Positions 1 to 7,668 of a stretch of 64,000 nt of DNA are shown here, piece after piece. The stretch covers positions 66,583-130,582 of the forward strand of contig CAYQIS010000002.1 of the NCBI GenBank assembly GCA_964417645.1. The letters are read 5' to 3'. Positions within the stretch are counted from its first letter, which is position 1. Each line of letters begins with the position of its first letter. The DNA is from an uncultured Spirochaetia bacterium (lineage in GTDB: Bacteria > Oederibacteriota > PGYV01). The position numbers were made by a program, and so were the translations under genes. The notes beneath the pieces were generated by a model, which made no database searches, was not told where the DNA came from, and saw only the letters and a list, made by a program, of their open reading frames with translations.

Positions 1-23
1 AATTGTTAAAAGGAGGGGCAAAG

Positions 24-143
24 ATGGACGCCAAAGACAAAAGGGGAGTTACCGCCCTTCTTGCCGCATCAAATGAAAAAGTTAAAGAATTCATATCGGA
101 AATGGAAGTATGTGAGTTCGAGAATAACAAAGGGGGTTTTTAA
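24..143 (+). other. Small upstream ORF (39 aa) with ankyrin-like 'GVTALLAAS' motif, in a different frame from the main ankyrin gene; possible N-terminal fragment or frameshifted 5' portion
   Basis: Strong SD 'AAGGAGGGG' 11-19 then ATG 24. Translation MDAKDKRGVTALLAASNEKVKEF... is ANK-like. Frame 0 versus frame 1 of the downstream gene. Confidence 0.3.
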
Positions 144-144
144 A

Positions 145-1197
145 ATGAAAGCAACGGATGAAGCTCTTATTAAGGCCGCAAAAGAAGGCAGCTACAGCGC
201 CGTAAAACTTGCTTTAATTGCAGGGGCAGACCCGAATGCAAAAGATGAAAAAGGCGACAGCGTGCTTAAAATTGCGGCTTATACAGGAAAAAGCGCCATG
301 GCAAAATTGCTTCTTGAAAACGGAGCTGATACGGGATACGAACAGTTTAATGATTTGATAAAATACTGCATAATTGAGGACGAAAAAAGCGCAATATCAA
401 TTCTTAAGAAAAATCCGGGCCTTGCCGTAAAAGGAGACAGGTCCGGAAACATAGCAATTACTTTCTGCATATTAAATTGGAATTATCTGCTGCTTGAAAA
501 AGTTGCATCTGTTATGGATGGTTTTGAATATAAAAATAAATATGGAAATACACCTCTTATAATAGCGGCCGAAAGGGGAAATATAAGAGCGGTAAGAATA
601 CTGCTTTCTTTGGGTGCCGATGTCAATGCCTTAAACAACACTTCCGACAGTGCTCTTTCTTATGCGTGTCTTCGCGGCCATGCTGATGTTGCGAAAATGC
701 TGATAAAGCACGGGGCCGATATTAACAACAGAAACCGTTATGATGACACTCCCATGGTTCTTGCCGCTTTGTCCGGAAATACGGTTATTATAAGACATCT
801 TCATGAAGCCGGAGCTGACATTAATTCCAGGGGTTTTTGGGGAAAGACGCCTCTTATGATGGCTGCGCTTAAGGGTTATGCGGATGCGGTAAAGGTAATG
901 ATAGAACTTGGAGCGGACGTTAAAATGTCTGATATTTTCGGATACAATGCTCTTATGGAAGCGGCCGGGGAAGTTAACTTAAATATTGTTGAAAATATGC
1001 TTAAAGGGGCCGGCGCCCAGGGAAAAAAAATATCCGAATCTGTTAAAGAGGGATACGCTGAAACCGTGAAGGAATTGCTGGAAGCCGGAACCGATATTAA
1101 TGCCGAAGATTCACAGGGTTTAAAAGCTTGTGATATTGCAAAAGATGAAGATCTAAAGCGCCTGATCAGCGAATATACAAAAGGTAAAGACTCTTGA
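145..1197 (+). CDS. Ankyrin repeat protein (about 10 ANK repeats)
   Basis: Repeated 'G-TPL--AA--G---v--LL--GAD-N' units throughout. GGGGG RBS 7 nt before ATG 145; the ORF is open from 61. Confidence 0.8.
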   Translation: MKATDEALIKAAKEGSYSAVKLALIAGADPNAKDEKGDSVLKIAAYTGKSAMAKLLLENGADTGYEQFNDLIKYCIIEDEKSAISILKKNPGLAVKGDRSGNIAITFCILNWNYLLLEKVASVMDGFEYKNKYGNTPLIIAAERGNIRAVRILLSLGADVNALNNTSDSALSYACLRGHADVAKMLIKHGADINNRNRYDDTPMVLAALSGNTVIIRHLHEAGADINSRGFWGKTPLMMAALKGYADAVKVMIELGADVKMSDIFGYNALMEAAGEVNLNIVENMLKGAGAQGKKISESVKEGYAETVKELLEAGTDINAEDSQGLKACDIAKDEDLKRLISEYTKGKDS

Positions 1198-1257
1198 AAG
1201 AATCCGTTTTTTAGTGTTAAAATATTATAAATTATAAAAATAAAATAAAGGTGATAT

Positions 1258-1563
1258 ATGCATTTGTCAGAAGATGAAACAAGAAAAAGGGACCGTTTTG
1301 AAGTTAAACTTGATCTTGATATTTTTGTGTTAAAATCAACCGAATTGCTGGTTCTTCCCGATAATCCCCATATATATCTTACAAAGGCAAAAGCGGAAAA
1401 GTTTTTATATGATTTAAGCGAAGCGGTTGCCAATTCCCGCGACGGAATAATAATAAAATTAAACGGCAAAATTAATCCAAGAATAAAGGATCCGAACGAA
1501 GATGAAAGCATGTTTTTAAGCGGCGAGTTAAAGGCGGACCGTGTAAGAGAAAAAAACCCCTAA
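1258..1563 (+). CDS. Hypothetical protein
   Basis: ORF with RBS 'AAAGGTGA' before ATG; no recognisable motif. Confidence 0.4.
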   Translation: MHLSEDETRKRDRFEVKLDLDIFVLKSTELLVLPDNPHIYLTKAKAEKFLYDLSEAVANSRDGIIIKLNGKINPRIKDPNEDESMFLSGELKADRVREKNP

Positions 1564-2006
1564 ATTTTAAAAATCATCACCTTAATTGAAATATTGTTAA
1601 AAGCCGTTTTTATTTCTGACACAAAAAAATCTTCATCTATTTTCCAGGAACGAGGAAAAGGAAAGGCAATGCTTTTTGCCTTATAAAGCGCGCTTTGTTT
1701 TGCCGCTGCTTCAAGCGAAAATTTAATTTGTTCTTTGGAAGGCGTAATTTCACGGCTTTCGGCAAGCGGAAGATTCATTATATGCCATGCATTAAACATA
1801 TCGCCTTCGGTTGTTGAAAGCGGCTTTCCGATTTTAAGTTTTTTTTCTTTATGATACTTTTTAAGTGTTTCGTCGTTTATTGGGAAGCGTTTTGAGAATT
1901 GTTTGTATAAAGGTGTTATTCCGTGACCGTCAATTGAAATTGGATTTACAAGTATATCGGCGCCTGAATCAAAAAAATTTTTGTCAGAAAATTCAAGAGA
2001 TTCCAC
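1560..2006 (-). CDS. Hypothetical protein with macro-domain-like motifs ('ADILVNPIS', 'SIAFPFP')
   Basis: Motifs resemble macro domain 'ADAIVNAAN' and 'SIAFPaIStG'; 148 aa. Confidence 0.35.
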   Translation of the reverse strand: MESLEFSDKNFFDSGADILVNPISIDGHGITPLYKQFSKRFPINDETLKKYHKEKKLKIGKPLSTTEGDMFNAWHIMNLPLAESREITPSKEQIKFSLEAAAKQSALYKAKSIAFPFPRSWKIDEDFFVSEIKTAFNNISIKVMIFKI

Positions 2007-2022
2007 AAAAAAACCGCCTTGT

Positions 2023-2262
2023 TCAGCTTATTTCAAGGCTGTCAAGTTCCAAAGAGTTAATTATTTCCTTGAGAGCTTTTATTTCTTCCCGGCTTAAAGT
2101 GATTCCTTTGCCCATTTTTTTATGCTCCGAGTCCCAGGGCCTTATGTCTATTTTGGGCGAACGTTCGTTCCATGAGACAATATTAACTTCTTTTTTCCAT
2201 CCTCCGGAGCCTTCTCCTATTACTCCCAGATTTTTTTTTATATCCCATTTTATTTCAGGCAT
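2023..2262 (-). CDS. PC4/YdbC-like ssDNA-binding protein (transcriptional coactivator p15 family)
   Basis: 'WKKEVNIVSWN...KIDIRPW...KMGKGITLSREEIKALKEI' matches the PC4 C-terminal domain / YdbC pattern. Confidence 0.6.
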   Translation of the reverse strand: MPEIKWDIKKNLGVIGEGSGGWKKEVNIVSWNERSPKIDIRPWDSEHKKMGKGITLSREEIKALKEIINSLELDSLEIS

Positions 2263-2344
2263 TATTTGCGCTCCTTTGAAATTATTATAAATAAATTTAA
2301 TATATTAATATTATATTTAAACCCTTTTGCTTTTCAAGTGTTAA

Positions 2345-2877
2345 TTAAAAAGGCGGAGGGGCCTCGGGCGGCAGCGAATTGAAAATATCGTAAATTTTAA
2401 GCAGAACATAAGAATCCATTGCCGCGTATTCAAGCTGTTCTTTGGAAAGAGGTCTTGTCATCCAGTCTGAAGACTGAAAACTTTTGTCAAGATCTATCCC
2501 CAATTCCCTCTTACAGACGGCTTTTAAACTGTGCCCGCCTTCTTCGAGTTTTCGTAATTTTCTTGATTCAATGCAGGTGTCATAAATATTTGTAATATTT
2601 ATTCCGAGAGGAGATAAAACGCCTTTTTCAAAATCCGCAAAATGTATTATTTTCAGTATTTTCGGGGATTCAAGAATCGGTTTAAGAGGGGAAATATCAT
2701 TTACCGCAAGTGCATCTATTATGAAATTATCGGATCGGGTTGATATCTGGATAAGACTTAATTTAGCCGGCGTAATGCCTATTGATGTTTCGGTGTCAAG
2801 TGAAATGATATTTTCGGATGCAAGCAGACCGCAAATATCTTCAAGAGTGTTTTTATCGGTGATAAATTTGTATTCCA
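2345..2877 (-). CDS. 3'-5' exonuclease, RNase D / DEDDy family
   Basis: 'LDTETS' Exo I, 'HFADFE' Exo II, 'YAAMDSYVLLKIY' Exo III (Y-x3-D) motifs. An alternative upstream start at 2914 exists. Confidence 0.7.
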
Positions 2878-2969
2878 TAACGAAATTATAACAAAAAAAC
2901 ACAAAGTTTGACATTTAATAAAAATTTAAGTATAATTCTGTTGTTAAAATTTGATATAAGGGGCCAAAG

Positions 2970-3188
2970 GTGGAAAAACCGCTTACAAAAAAAGAATTGC
3001 TCTGTCATCCGCAAAAAGATTCGCTTATTGAAAAAGCGAAGAATGCTATACTTAAGGAAATGGACAGAGAAAACAGAATTTTGTTTAAAACATTAACAAA
3101 AGAACAGCAGGATGATTTTATACTTGATCTTGCATATGAAGATGAAGTGATACAATTTAAAATAAATCCTGACGTGAAATCACAGTAA
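2970..3188 (+). CDS. Hypothetical small protein
   Basis: GTG start with 'AAGGGG' RBS; 72 aa. Confidence 0.35.
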   Translation: MEKPLTKKELLCHPQKDSLIEKAKNAILKEMDRENRILFKTLTKEQQDDFILDLAYEDEVIQFKINPDVKSQ

Positions 3189-3327
3189 TTTTTGTTTACA
3201 AAAATTTTTTTCTTTGTTATATTTTTCAGCGTTCATAAGGCCGATTGAAGAAATTCCAAACAAGCCTAAAATTGGAAAAAATAATAAATCTCCCACATGA
3301 AATATTGGGGCAACAAAGGAGCAATAA

Positions 3328-4053
3328 ATGCCTTTTTCAGGAAAAAAGAAAAGCACAGGCAGGGCGAATCATGTTTATCTTACGGGGAAAACAAGCAGAT
3401 TTGAAAATAAAAACGGAGGTTTTTCAAGGGGAGGTTATGGAATAAATCAGGGGCAGGGAGCCGGACGTTATAATAAAACAGGTTTTGAAAGGGGCGCGGG
3501 ATCATATCGCAGAGGTGATGTTGACGGCAACAGAGCATATCCCGAACAGTCTTTTAACAGGGGTTACGACAGACAGACAGGATACGGGAATGAAATCAGA
3601 GGCGGTTTTGGAAGAAAAAATTTCAATAAATCTTACGGGGAAAATAAATTTGGCGGATTCAATAAAAACAGGGAATTTAACAGGAACGAAAAGAAACAAG
3701 GCGGATTCAGACAGCAGGGCAAGAAAGCTTTTAATATAGAAAAAACCGTTACCGGAAAAATTTATGCCGGCAAGAGAACATATATTTTTGAATTTCAAAA
3801 AACCGAGAATGGCGACAGAGCTTTGGCTGTTACACAGACAAGGGATGACAAGGGCCGCGAGAGAATGGACACTATAATGATATTTCATGACCATATTGAC
3901 GAATTTTTGGAAAATGTTAACAGAGTTGCGGAAATGATAAAAAAATCCGAAAATGACAGTCTTGGAAACGAAAAACAGGAAGAAGCGTTAGAAGATTACC
4001 CGGAAAGTCAGGATGATTATTCTGAAGTTTCCGAAGAGACAGAGGATGAATAA
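3328..4053 (+). CDS. PUR-alpha-like (DUF3276-type) nucleic-acid-binding protein with RGG/FNR-rich N-terminus and acidic C-terminus
   Basis: 'AGKRTYIFEFQKTENGDRALAVTQTRDDKG...IMIFHDHIDEFLENV' matches the bacterial PurA-like repeat; the N-terminal half is Gly/Arg/Asn-rich. Confidence 0.55.
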   Translation: MPFSGKKKSTGRANHVYLTGKTSRFENKNGGFSRGGYGINQGQGAGRYNKTGFERGAGSYRRGDVDGNRAYPEQSFNRGYDRQTGYGNEIRGGFGRKNFNKSYGENKFGGFNKNREFNRNEKKQGGFRQQGKKAFNIEKTVTGKIYAGKRTYIFEFQKTENGDRALAVTQTRDDKGRERMDTIMIFHDHIDEFLENVNRVAEMIKKSENDSLGNEKQEEALEDYPESQDDYSEVSEETEDE

Positions 4054-4056
4054 ACT

Positions 4057-4341
4057 GTGGAATGCGGCGGGTGCGGCAGGGAAAAATTCGGGATGTTAAA
4101 CGGGCCTTTTGAATCTTATGACCCTGAAAAAGGAATATACTGCCGCGGTCATTTTGAAGACGGAGTTATGAACGGAGAATACATTGAATATACGGAGGAC
4201 ATTTCCGGAAAAATTTTAATTTTGCTCAGAGGCGGATTTAAGGCGGGTATGAGGCACGGCACATGGAATAAATTTGAGCAAAACGGAATTATAAAAAAAA
4301 CGACGGTTTATGTTGACGGCAGGATTGTTGAAGAGGACTAA
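4057..4341 (+). CDS. MORN-repeat-like protein (YwqK-like)
   Basis: 'G-Y--Y-ENG' style repeats. GTG 4057 or ATG 4093; followed by a rho-independent terminator. Confidence 0.55.
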   Translation: MECGGCGREKFGMLNGPFESYDPEKGIYCRGHFEDGVMNGEYIEYTEDISGKILILLRGGFKAGMRHGTWNKFEQNGIIKKTTVYVDGRIVEED

Positions 4342-4361
4342 AAAGAAAAAGAAGAAAAAAA

Positions 4362-4398
4362 GCGCGGGCAGAAAGAAAAGTGCACCCGCGCTTTTTTT
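4362..4398 (+). terminator. Rho-independent terminator after the MORN gene
   Basis: Stem GCGCGGG (4362-4368) / CCCGCGC (4385-4391) followed by TTTTTTT. Confidence 0.7.
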
Positions 4399-4444
4399 GT
4401 TTGCGGGTGCTTTTTTTGCTTTTGCTGTTTATGCAATTATATTT

Positions 4445-4834
4445 ATGATGAACCCTAAAATTATCAATCCTTCGGGAATAATGCCTGAAGAGCTTAAAGA
4501 TACGGGTGAAGTAAAAAAATACAGGGGAATGATTCTTAAACGTTATGAGTACAAAGAAAATGAAGTTATTGAAGCTTTAAGACCCGGAATTAAAGCCTAT
4601 CATAAGACTTTAAGTGTTCCATGGGAGATAATTTTGTATGATTTTTCCAAAAATGCGGGAGGATATGTCACTTACAGAAAAGAACCCGCGCTGGAAAATA
4701 CAATAATTTTTACGCTTCATTTGACTCACGGAAAAAGACAGGATGCCGAAAAAGGAATACCGGAACTTTTGCGCAGAATAAAAATGCTTTATCCGGATTT
4801 AAAAATAAGGGGCAAGATAGTTGAAGAAAAATAA
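4445..4834 (+). CDS. Hypothetical protein, paralog of the next gene (shared 'VPWEIILYDF'/'VDWEYILHQW' region)
   Basis: The six-frame ORF opens at 4310 (polyK + TM segment) but that stretch contains the terminator hairpin; the ATG pair at 4445/4448 lies downstream of it. Start uncertain. Confidence 0.45.
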   Translation: MMNPKIINPSGIMPEELKDTGEVKKYRGMILKRYEYKENEVIEALRPGIKAYHKTLSVPWEIILYDFSKNAGGYVTYRKEPALENTIIFTLHLTHGKRQDAEKGIPELLRRIKMLYPDLKIRGKIVEEK

Positions 4835-5492
4835 AAAGAAGAAAAAAAATTTTTTAAAAAGCAAAGAAAAATCTTTTGAAAATAAAAAAAATCAGGTTTT
4901 GTTTAATTTTTTTGTGTCCTTTGTTATTACGGCGGCGCTTGCTTTTCTTTCTTTTGTGGCAATAAATTTATTGCTGCCAAAGAAGACATATTTTTCCGCA
5001 AGTCTTATACCGGAGCTTATAGTAAAATTAAAGCCTGATGCAGTAAAAAACAATTCTTTAAAATTTGTTCCCCCGTCAAAAGAAACAAAAGATTCTTTCG
5101 GGACAACGATGCCGCAAACAAGAAAAATAAGCAGAATTTTACCCGGGGAAGAAAAAGAATTTGATTTTGAGCTTTATGAGGACAATACAATAAGCAAATT
5201 AACGGGACTTTACTGCCTTAAAGTATGCTGCCCTCAGGGTTATGTTCGTGAGTATTATACATATCCCGTGGACTGGGAATATATATTGCATCAATGGTCC
5301 GCGAAAACCCCTGCCATAACCCTTTTTCATTTTAACAAGGAAATGAAGCAGGCCAAGATGCTGGTTGTTATTTTAAAAAATGACAATAAAAACAGCGATA
5401 TAAAAAAGACGGATATAATGCGTTTTATAAAATTGATGGATGAAAAAATTCCCGGATACAGCTGGGAAGCGGATGTTAAAGAGGAGATGTAA
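4821..5492 (+). CDS. Hypothetical membrane-anchored protein (polyK N-terminus, one TM), paralog of the previous gene
   Basis: TTG start overlapping the previous stop; TM 'VLFNFFVSFVITAALAFLSFVAINLLL'; C-terminal region similar to the preceding ORF. Confidence 0.5.
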   Translation: MKKNKKKKKNFLKSKEKSFENKKNQVLFNFFVSFVITAALAFLSFVAINLLLPKKTYFSASLIPELIVKLKPDAVKNNSLKFVPPSKETKDSFGTTMPQTRKISRILPGEEKEFDFELYEDNTISKLTGLYCLKVCCPQGYVREYYTYPVDWEYILHQWSAKTPAITLFHFNKEMKQAKMLVVILKNDNKNSDIKKTDIMRFIKLMDEKIPGYSWEADVKEEM

Positions 5493-5602
5493 TTATAAAT
5501 TGGGAATTACTAAGGCTTGCTATTTACAAGGCGCCTTGGTTTATGGTATGTTATCTTGCTTTTGCAATGGCACAAAAATTGCTTTATAAATGCGGGTGAA
5601 AA

Positions 5603-5887
5603 ATGGCAATAACAAAAAAAGATGTTGAATATATAGCAAATTTAAGCAGGCTTGAAATTACAGAGGAAGAAAAAGAAGCTTATTCAAAGCAGCTCAGTGA
5701 AATACTTTCTCACGTTGAAAACCTTAATGAATTGAACACGGAAAACACGGAGCCCACTTATTATCCCATTGATATGAGCAATGTCATGAGAAAAGATATT
5801 GTAAAGCCTTCTTTGGATAAAAATAAAGTTTTTGCTTCGGCTCCTTTGGTGGAAAATAACGCGTTTAAAGTTCCAAAAATAATATAA
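5603..5887 (+). CDS. gatC: Asp-tRNA(Asn)/Glu-tRNA(Gln) amidotransferase subunit C
   Basis: 94 aa, 'DVEYIANLSRLEITEEEKE...L..IL..VE.L' GatC pattern; immediately upstream of gatA. Confidence 0.85.
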   Translation: MAITKKDVEYIANLSRLEITEEEKEAYSKQLSEILSHVENLNELNTENTEPTYYPIDMSNVMRKDIVKPSLDKNKVFASAPLVENNAFKVPKII

Positions 5888-5902
5888 ATTGAAAAGGGAA
5901 AA

Positions 5903-7363
5903 ATGGAATTATTTGAACAGACAATAAGCTTTCTTCACGATAAACTCGTGAAAAAAGAGATAAAGCCAAAAGATATTTTGGACAGTGTTTATAAAAGAAT
6001 AGACGCTGTTGATTCCAAAATTCATGCTTATTTGCATTTAATGCGTGAAACGGCGTATAAAGCCGCACAGGAAGCCGAAGAACGCATAATGAAAAATAAT
6101 AATGTTACGGAGCTTACGGGAATACCTGTGGGAATAAAGGACAATATGGTTCTTGAAGGCGTTCCGACAACTTGCGCCTCAAAAATGCTGGAAGGTTATA
6201 AGCCGCCTTATACAGCCACGGCGCTTAACAGGTTAATTGAAGCCGGTGCCGTCATAACCGGAAAATTAAATATGGATGAGTATGCGTTTGGAAGTTCAAC
6301 GGAAAGTTCGGCTTTTGGACCAACATATAATCCATGGGATTTATCCCGTGTGCCCGGAGGATCGTCCGGAGGATCAGCGGCAGCTGTTGCGGCCGGTGAA
6401 TGTATTGCTTCGCTTGGTTCTGATACCGGAGGATCCATAAAGCAGCCGGCGGCACTTTGCGGAATAACAGGAATTAAGCCGACATACGGAAGGGTTTCTC
6501 GTTACGGATTGATTGCATTTGGTTCTTCTCTTGACCAGATAGGGCCTTGTGCAAAGAATGCGGAAGATGCGGCAATAATTCTTAAAACAATAGCGGGAGC
6601 TGACGGTCTTGATTCAACCGCACCTGATATTAAAGTTCCGGATTACAGAGCCGGGCTTAACCCGGATATCAAAGGCAGAGTTATAGGCATTCCCGAAGAA
6701 TATTTTATTGAAGGCATTGAACCGGACACTCTTGAAGCCGTAAATAATGCCATAAAGGTTTTTGAAAAACTAGGCGCAACCGTTAAAAAAATAAGTCTTC
6801 CTCATACAAAATATGCAATTGATGTCTACTATGTGGTGGCAACCGCCGAGGTGTCAAGCAATCTTGCGCGTTTTGACGGGGTTGAATACGGGCTGCGTGA
6901 TTTTTCCGCAACCAACATAATAGATATGTACAAAAAAAGCAGGCAGAAAGGTTTTGGACCGGAAACCAAAAGAAGGATAATGCTTGGAACATACGTTCTC
7001 TCGTCAGGCTACTATGATGCCTACTATAAGAAAGCACAAAAAGTAAGGACGCTGATAAAGAATGATTTCACGGAAGCGTTTAAGGATGTTGATGTAATTG
7101 TCACGCCCACATCGCCCACAACGGCATTTAAGATAGGCGAAAAAACTTCCGACCCGATGACAATGTATTTGTCGGATATTTTTACAATAGCACCCAATTT
7201 AGCCGGGCTTCCGGGAATGTCGATACCGTGCGGTTTTGACAAAAAAGGTCTTCCGGTGGGATTGCAGATACTTGCCGCGCCTTTTAAAGAGCAGACAATA
7301 TTTGATTTTGCACATTCTTTTCAGTGTGCTACGGATTTTCATCTGAAAAAACCAAAGTTATAA
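5903..7363 (+). CDS. gatA: Glu-tRNA(Gln) amidotransferase subunit A
   Basis: Amidase signature 'GGSSGGSAAAVAAG'; 486 aa. Confidence 0.95.
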   Translation: MELFEQTISFLHDKLVKKEIKPKDILDSVYKRIDAVDSKIHAYLHLMRETAYKAAQEAEERIMKNNNVTELTGIPVGIKDNMVLEGVPTTCASKMLEGYKPPYTATALNRLIEAGAVITGKLNMDEYAFGSSTESSAFGPTYNPWDLSRVPGGSSGGSAAAVAAGECIASLGSDTGGSIKQPAALCGITGIKPTYGRVSRYGLIAFGSSLDQIGPCAKNAEDAAIILKTIAGADGLDSTAPDIKVPDYRAGLNPDIKGRVIGIPEEYFIEGIEPDTLEAVNNAIKVFEKLGATVKKISLPHTKYAIDVYYVVATAEVSSNLARFDGVEYGLRDFSATNIIDMYKKSRQKGFGPETKRRIMLGTYVLSSGYYDAYYKKAQKVRTLIKNDFTEAFKDVDVIVTPTSPTTAFKIGEKTSDPMTMYLSDIFTIAPNLAGLPGMSIPCGFDKKGLPVGLQILAAPFKEQTIFDFAHSFQCATDFHLKKPKL

Positions 7364-7378
7364 AATAAGGAGGATTTT

Positions 7379-7663
7379 ATGAAATGCAACAATTGTGGGG
7401 CAAATGCCGGATTTTTGGTAATGGTGACCGATTATAAGCCGCTTGAAATGTGGGAATTTTCAGACGGCTCTGTAACAAGATATTGTCAGCAGGATGCGGG
7501 AGACCAGGAAATGAATGTTCAATGTGCATCGTGCGGATCAGATGATGTTGATTTTGAAGGTTTTAACAAAGAAAATTATACCGAGAAGCCTTTGGTACAG
7601 CTTTCTGATACAGAGTGGGAACAAAAGCTTGCGGAATATAAAAAGGAAGATACGGGAGAGTAA
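7379..7663 (+). CDS. Small zinc-ribbon protein (two CxxC pairs) inserted between gatA and gatB
   Basis: 'CNNCG...CASCGSDD'. RBS 'AAGGAGG' before ATG; 16 nt after gatA and 5 nt before gatB. Confidence 0.55.
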   Translation: MKCNNCGANAGFLVMVTDYKPLEMWEFSDGSVTRYCQQDAGDQEMNVQCASCGSDDVDFEGFNKENYTEKPLVQLSDTEWEQKLAEYKKEDTGE

Positions 7664-7668
7664 AATTA

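Noticed and set aside
876-1511. 211-aa minus-strand ORF
   Set aside because: Antisense to the ankyrin gene, Ser/Phe-rich low-complexity translation, no RBS; a shadow ORF.
1865-2290. 141-aa plus-strand ORF
   Set aside because: Overlaps two well-supported minus-strand genes (macro-like and PC4-like); no motif.
4310-4444. Start of the polyK/TM ORF at 4310 overlapping the MORN gene
   Set aside because: This segment contains a canonical terminator hairpin plus T-run. It was retained only as an alternative because the paralogous downstream gene also has a polyK-TM N-terminus.
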